A stretch of DNA of 62,931 nt, the filler included, from Reticulomyxa filosa (taxonomy: Eukaryota; Protista; Foraminifera): NCBI GenBank assembly GCA_000512085.1. It is 22 parts of 22 records of this genome, joined end to end, with 100 filler letters (N's around TTAATTAATTAA, not from the genome) between each part and the next. Parts side by side here need not be neighbours in the genome. Positions count along the whole stretch, not along the records: positions 60,823 to 62,931 come from ASPP01019814.1; 21 more parts are not named here. One strand, 5' to 3'. How positions within the stretch are numbered: position 1 is the stretch's first letter; each line of letters starts with the position of its first letter. The notes beneath the pieces were generated by a model, which saw only the letters and a list, made by a program, of their open reading frames with translations, did not search any database and had not been told where the DNA came from. Positions 60,823 through 62,931 of the stretch are shown one piece after another. Both the position numbers and the translations under genes were made by a program.

Positions 60823-62240
60823 CATCGGTGAACTGTCTTGAGACAATTACCCAATGAATAAAAGAGAATTGACTGCGTGTCGTCATTGTCACCATTGGCA
60901 CTGCGCTTGATATCGTCACAACCTCACCAGCAGCTCCCATTGGTAGAGGGGGAGGGGGGGCGCGCTATGTAAAATTAGTCCATGTTAAAGGATGCGCAAA
61001 ATCGCCACTTGCGACTATGAATAGCAATTCCGGATAATCGAATTCAGCAAATCCGACTGTCTTTTTTTTTTTAATCCAACGTGATATGATATCCGAGTAC
61101 TTTTCTTCCTTCATCATCCTCCTCTTCGTCATTATTCTATTCTCCTTGTTTGCTGGATCTTGATTTGTGCCTCGCAAAACTCCTTAGCCAAATTAAATCA
61201 CGGCCTCGAAAGAATAGTTCCATGTAATAGTGGATTTACTTGACCACCATGTATGATCATTTAATAACAATGTCCGCGTCATCTCCTTTGCTTTCTTCAC
61301 TCCTTCGGCCAATCCAGAGCCTCGCTGCTGCTGTTACGATAACGTATAATGCGCTAATCGCATAAAATGGAAACGATATATGCAACCTTTTGTTTTTCTT
61401 CTCAGCAATCTTGCTTTTGTGGTCGAGCGGCCAAGATACAGATTGTCCAGCGATCGAACTGTGATAACTTTGTTCGACTATTGCAACGCCATCGTGTAAT
61501 GATATCTTATAAAGGCGAATTTCGCTCTTATCATTATTGTGACGAAGGGACCACACTTTAGCCTTGGATAATGGTTGTTCTTGGTAATTCTCGCATCAAT
61601 CACCATACGTCAATTCGGTAACTTTTGGGTTGGCGGTTCAAGAAGGGAGGGCGATATTCCTATTTTCTTTTTTATTATTGGAGATTTTTTCGCTGTTCTT
61701 CTTGCTTTCTTCCATTGTGACGCGCTGTAGGAAATTAGTACATGTTGGAAACGCGCAATGTCGCCACTTGAACATGAACGACAATTTTATAACAAAATTC
61801 AGCAAGGCAGGAAGACTAGTTTTTTTTATTAAAAAAACAAACAAAAACAAATCCAACCAGGTATTCTCTTTATCTTCTGCTTATTGGTTCTTGGTTTTCG
61901 CACAAATTGAGAAACGACCACATTGAACGATGCTACTGGTGTAATGATTTTCTCGATCGCAATGTTGATTATCCCTTAACGACCTCCAATCTTTTCTTTG
62001 AAATTCACTTCTTCGGCCAATCTAGTTTCTGCCACACTTGTAACGACATAATATCAATATCGTTTCCACTTTTGCGCCATATAACAACGCTTCTTTTTTT
62101 CTGGAGAGCTTGCTTTGAGTAGCCGGTACCAAATTGCGCATACGAGCACGCACACAAAATTTTGCTTGATCGACCAGTCTCCTAGATTTCAGTTGGTGCC
62201 AATTTCCACACCGATTAGTTTCCTTCGTCGGCGACATCGT
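60823..62240 (-). pseudogene. Decayed member of the same unidentified family as 6440-7720
   Basis: Fragmented ORFs (62022-62237, 61638-61856, 61257-61556, 60965-61177) with stops. Nucleotide and peptide blocks are shared with contig 3. Confidence 0.6.
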
Positions 62241-62931
62241 TCTTTTTTCTTTTTCTTTTTTTCAAATTTTTGCATTCTTTTTTATATTTTTTTTTTCTTT
62301 TTCTCTTTATCTTTTTTTTCTTTTTTTTCATTTTTTCTTTTTTCCAATTGTTATTTTTTTTTTTCCTTTTTCACATTGTCATTTTTTTTAATTATTTTAT
62401 CATTTTTTTATTTTTCATTCTTATTTTAGAGTCACTTTTTTTATTATTTCATTTTTCCTAAATAAAATTTAAAATTTTTTTCACAATCTTTTTTCCCAAC
62501 CTTTTTCCCAACATTTTTTCCCAACCTTTTTCCCAACCTTTCACAGTATTTTTTCATAATCTTTTTCCCATTTATGTCCCTTTTCCCAAACTTTTCCAAA
62601 TAAAAAAATAAAAACTTTCCATATCGTTTTGAATTTGCTCCTATATACAAATCATAAAGTAAAACAATTTTTCATTTTTTAAATAAAAAAAAACAAATAA
62701 AAAATACTTTGACTGTGGAGCCAATAGCTCCAATTTCAATCTTCCTATACTTTTTTTTTTCTTTGTCACAGACAGGGGGGACAAATTTTTTTTTTTATGG
62801 CGCATGCCTATTAACAAAAGCAAACAAACATTTAATAAAAAATAAAATAAAAAAAAAAAAAGCAAACCCTTTTAATTTTTTTTGAATGCTGGATGGCTTC
62901 GACCACAAATTTTTTCTTTTGGAGGGGATGG

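Overview
This window is not one contiguous locus. It is 22 short eukaryotic contigs joined by an artificial 100-nt spacer (N44-TTAATTAATTAA-N44, stop codons in all six frames), so adjacency across spacers means nothing. The DNA is AT-rich, with GT-AG introns, long homopolymers and microsatellites. Two near-identical 'IGGNGYTICSGS..IRIWDIETTKQ' WD40 paralogues and an 'LNEKQL' helical-repeat protein suggest the foraminiferan Reticulomyxa filosa or a relative (inference from recalled family signatures). Recognisable genes, most truncated by contig ends: CLYBL/CitE, GH38 alpha-mannosidase, LPCAT, a CaMK-family kinase, a zf-4CXXC_R1 (CDCA7-like) protein, coatomer beta', VDAC, a STRA6-like membrane protein, phospholipase B-like, calmodulin-like, IFT80, a PKD2 channel, a G-alpha subunit and a SAM/coiled-coil/TLDc protein. 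Decayed or mobile DNA: a Tc1 element with bipartite inverted repeats, a MITE, a LINE ORF1 remnant, an internally deleted HSP70 pseudogene, and two decayed copies of one unknown gene family on different contigs. The most intriguing signals are an OAS-like nucleotidyltransferase whose catalytic aspartates are all replaced, an RNF213-like fragment, the STRA6-like receptor, and a ~340-nt hairpin-rich candidate ncRNA with a U5-like loop. All homology calls are by eye from motifs; no searches were run.
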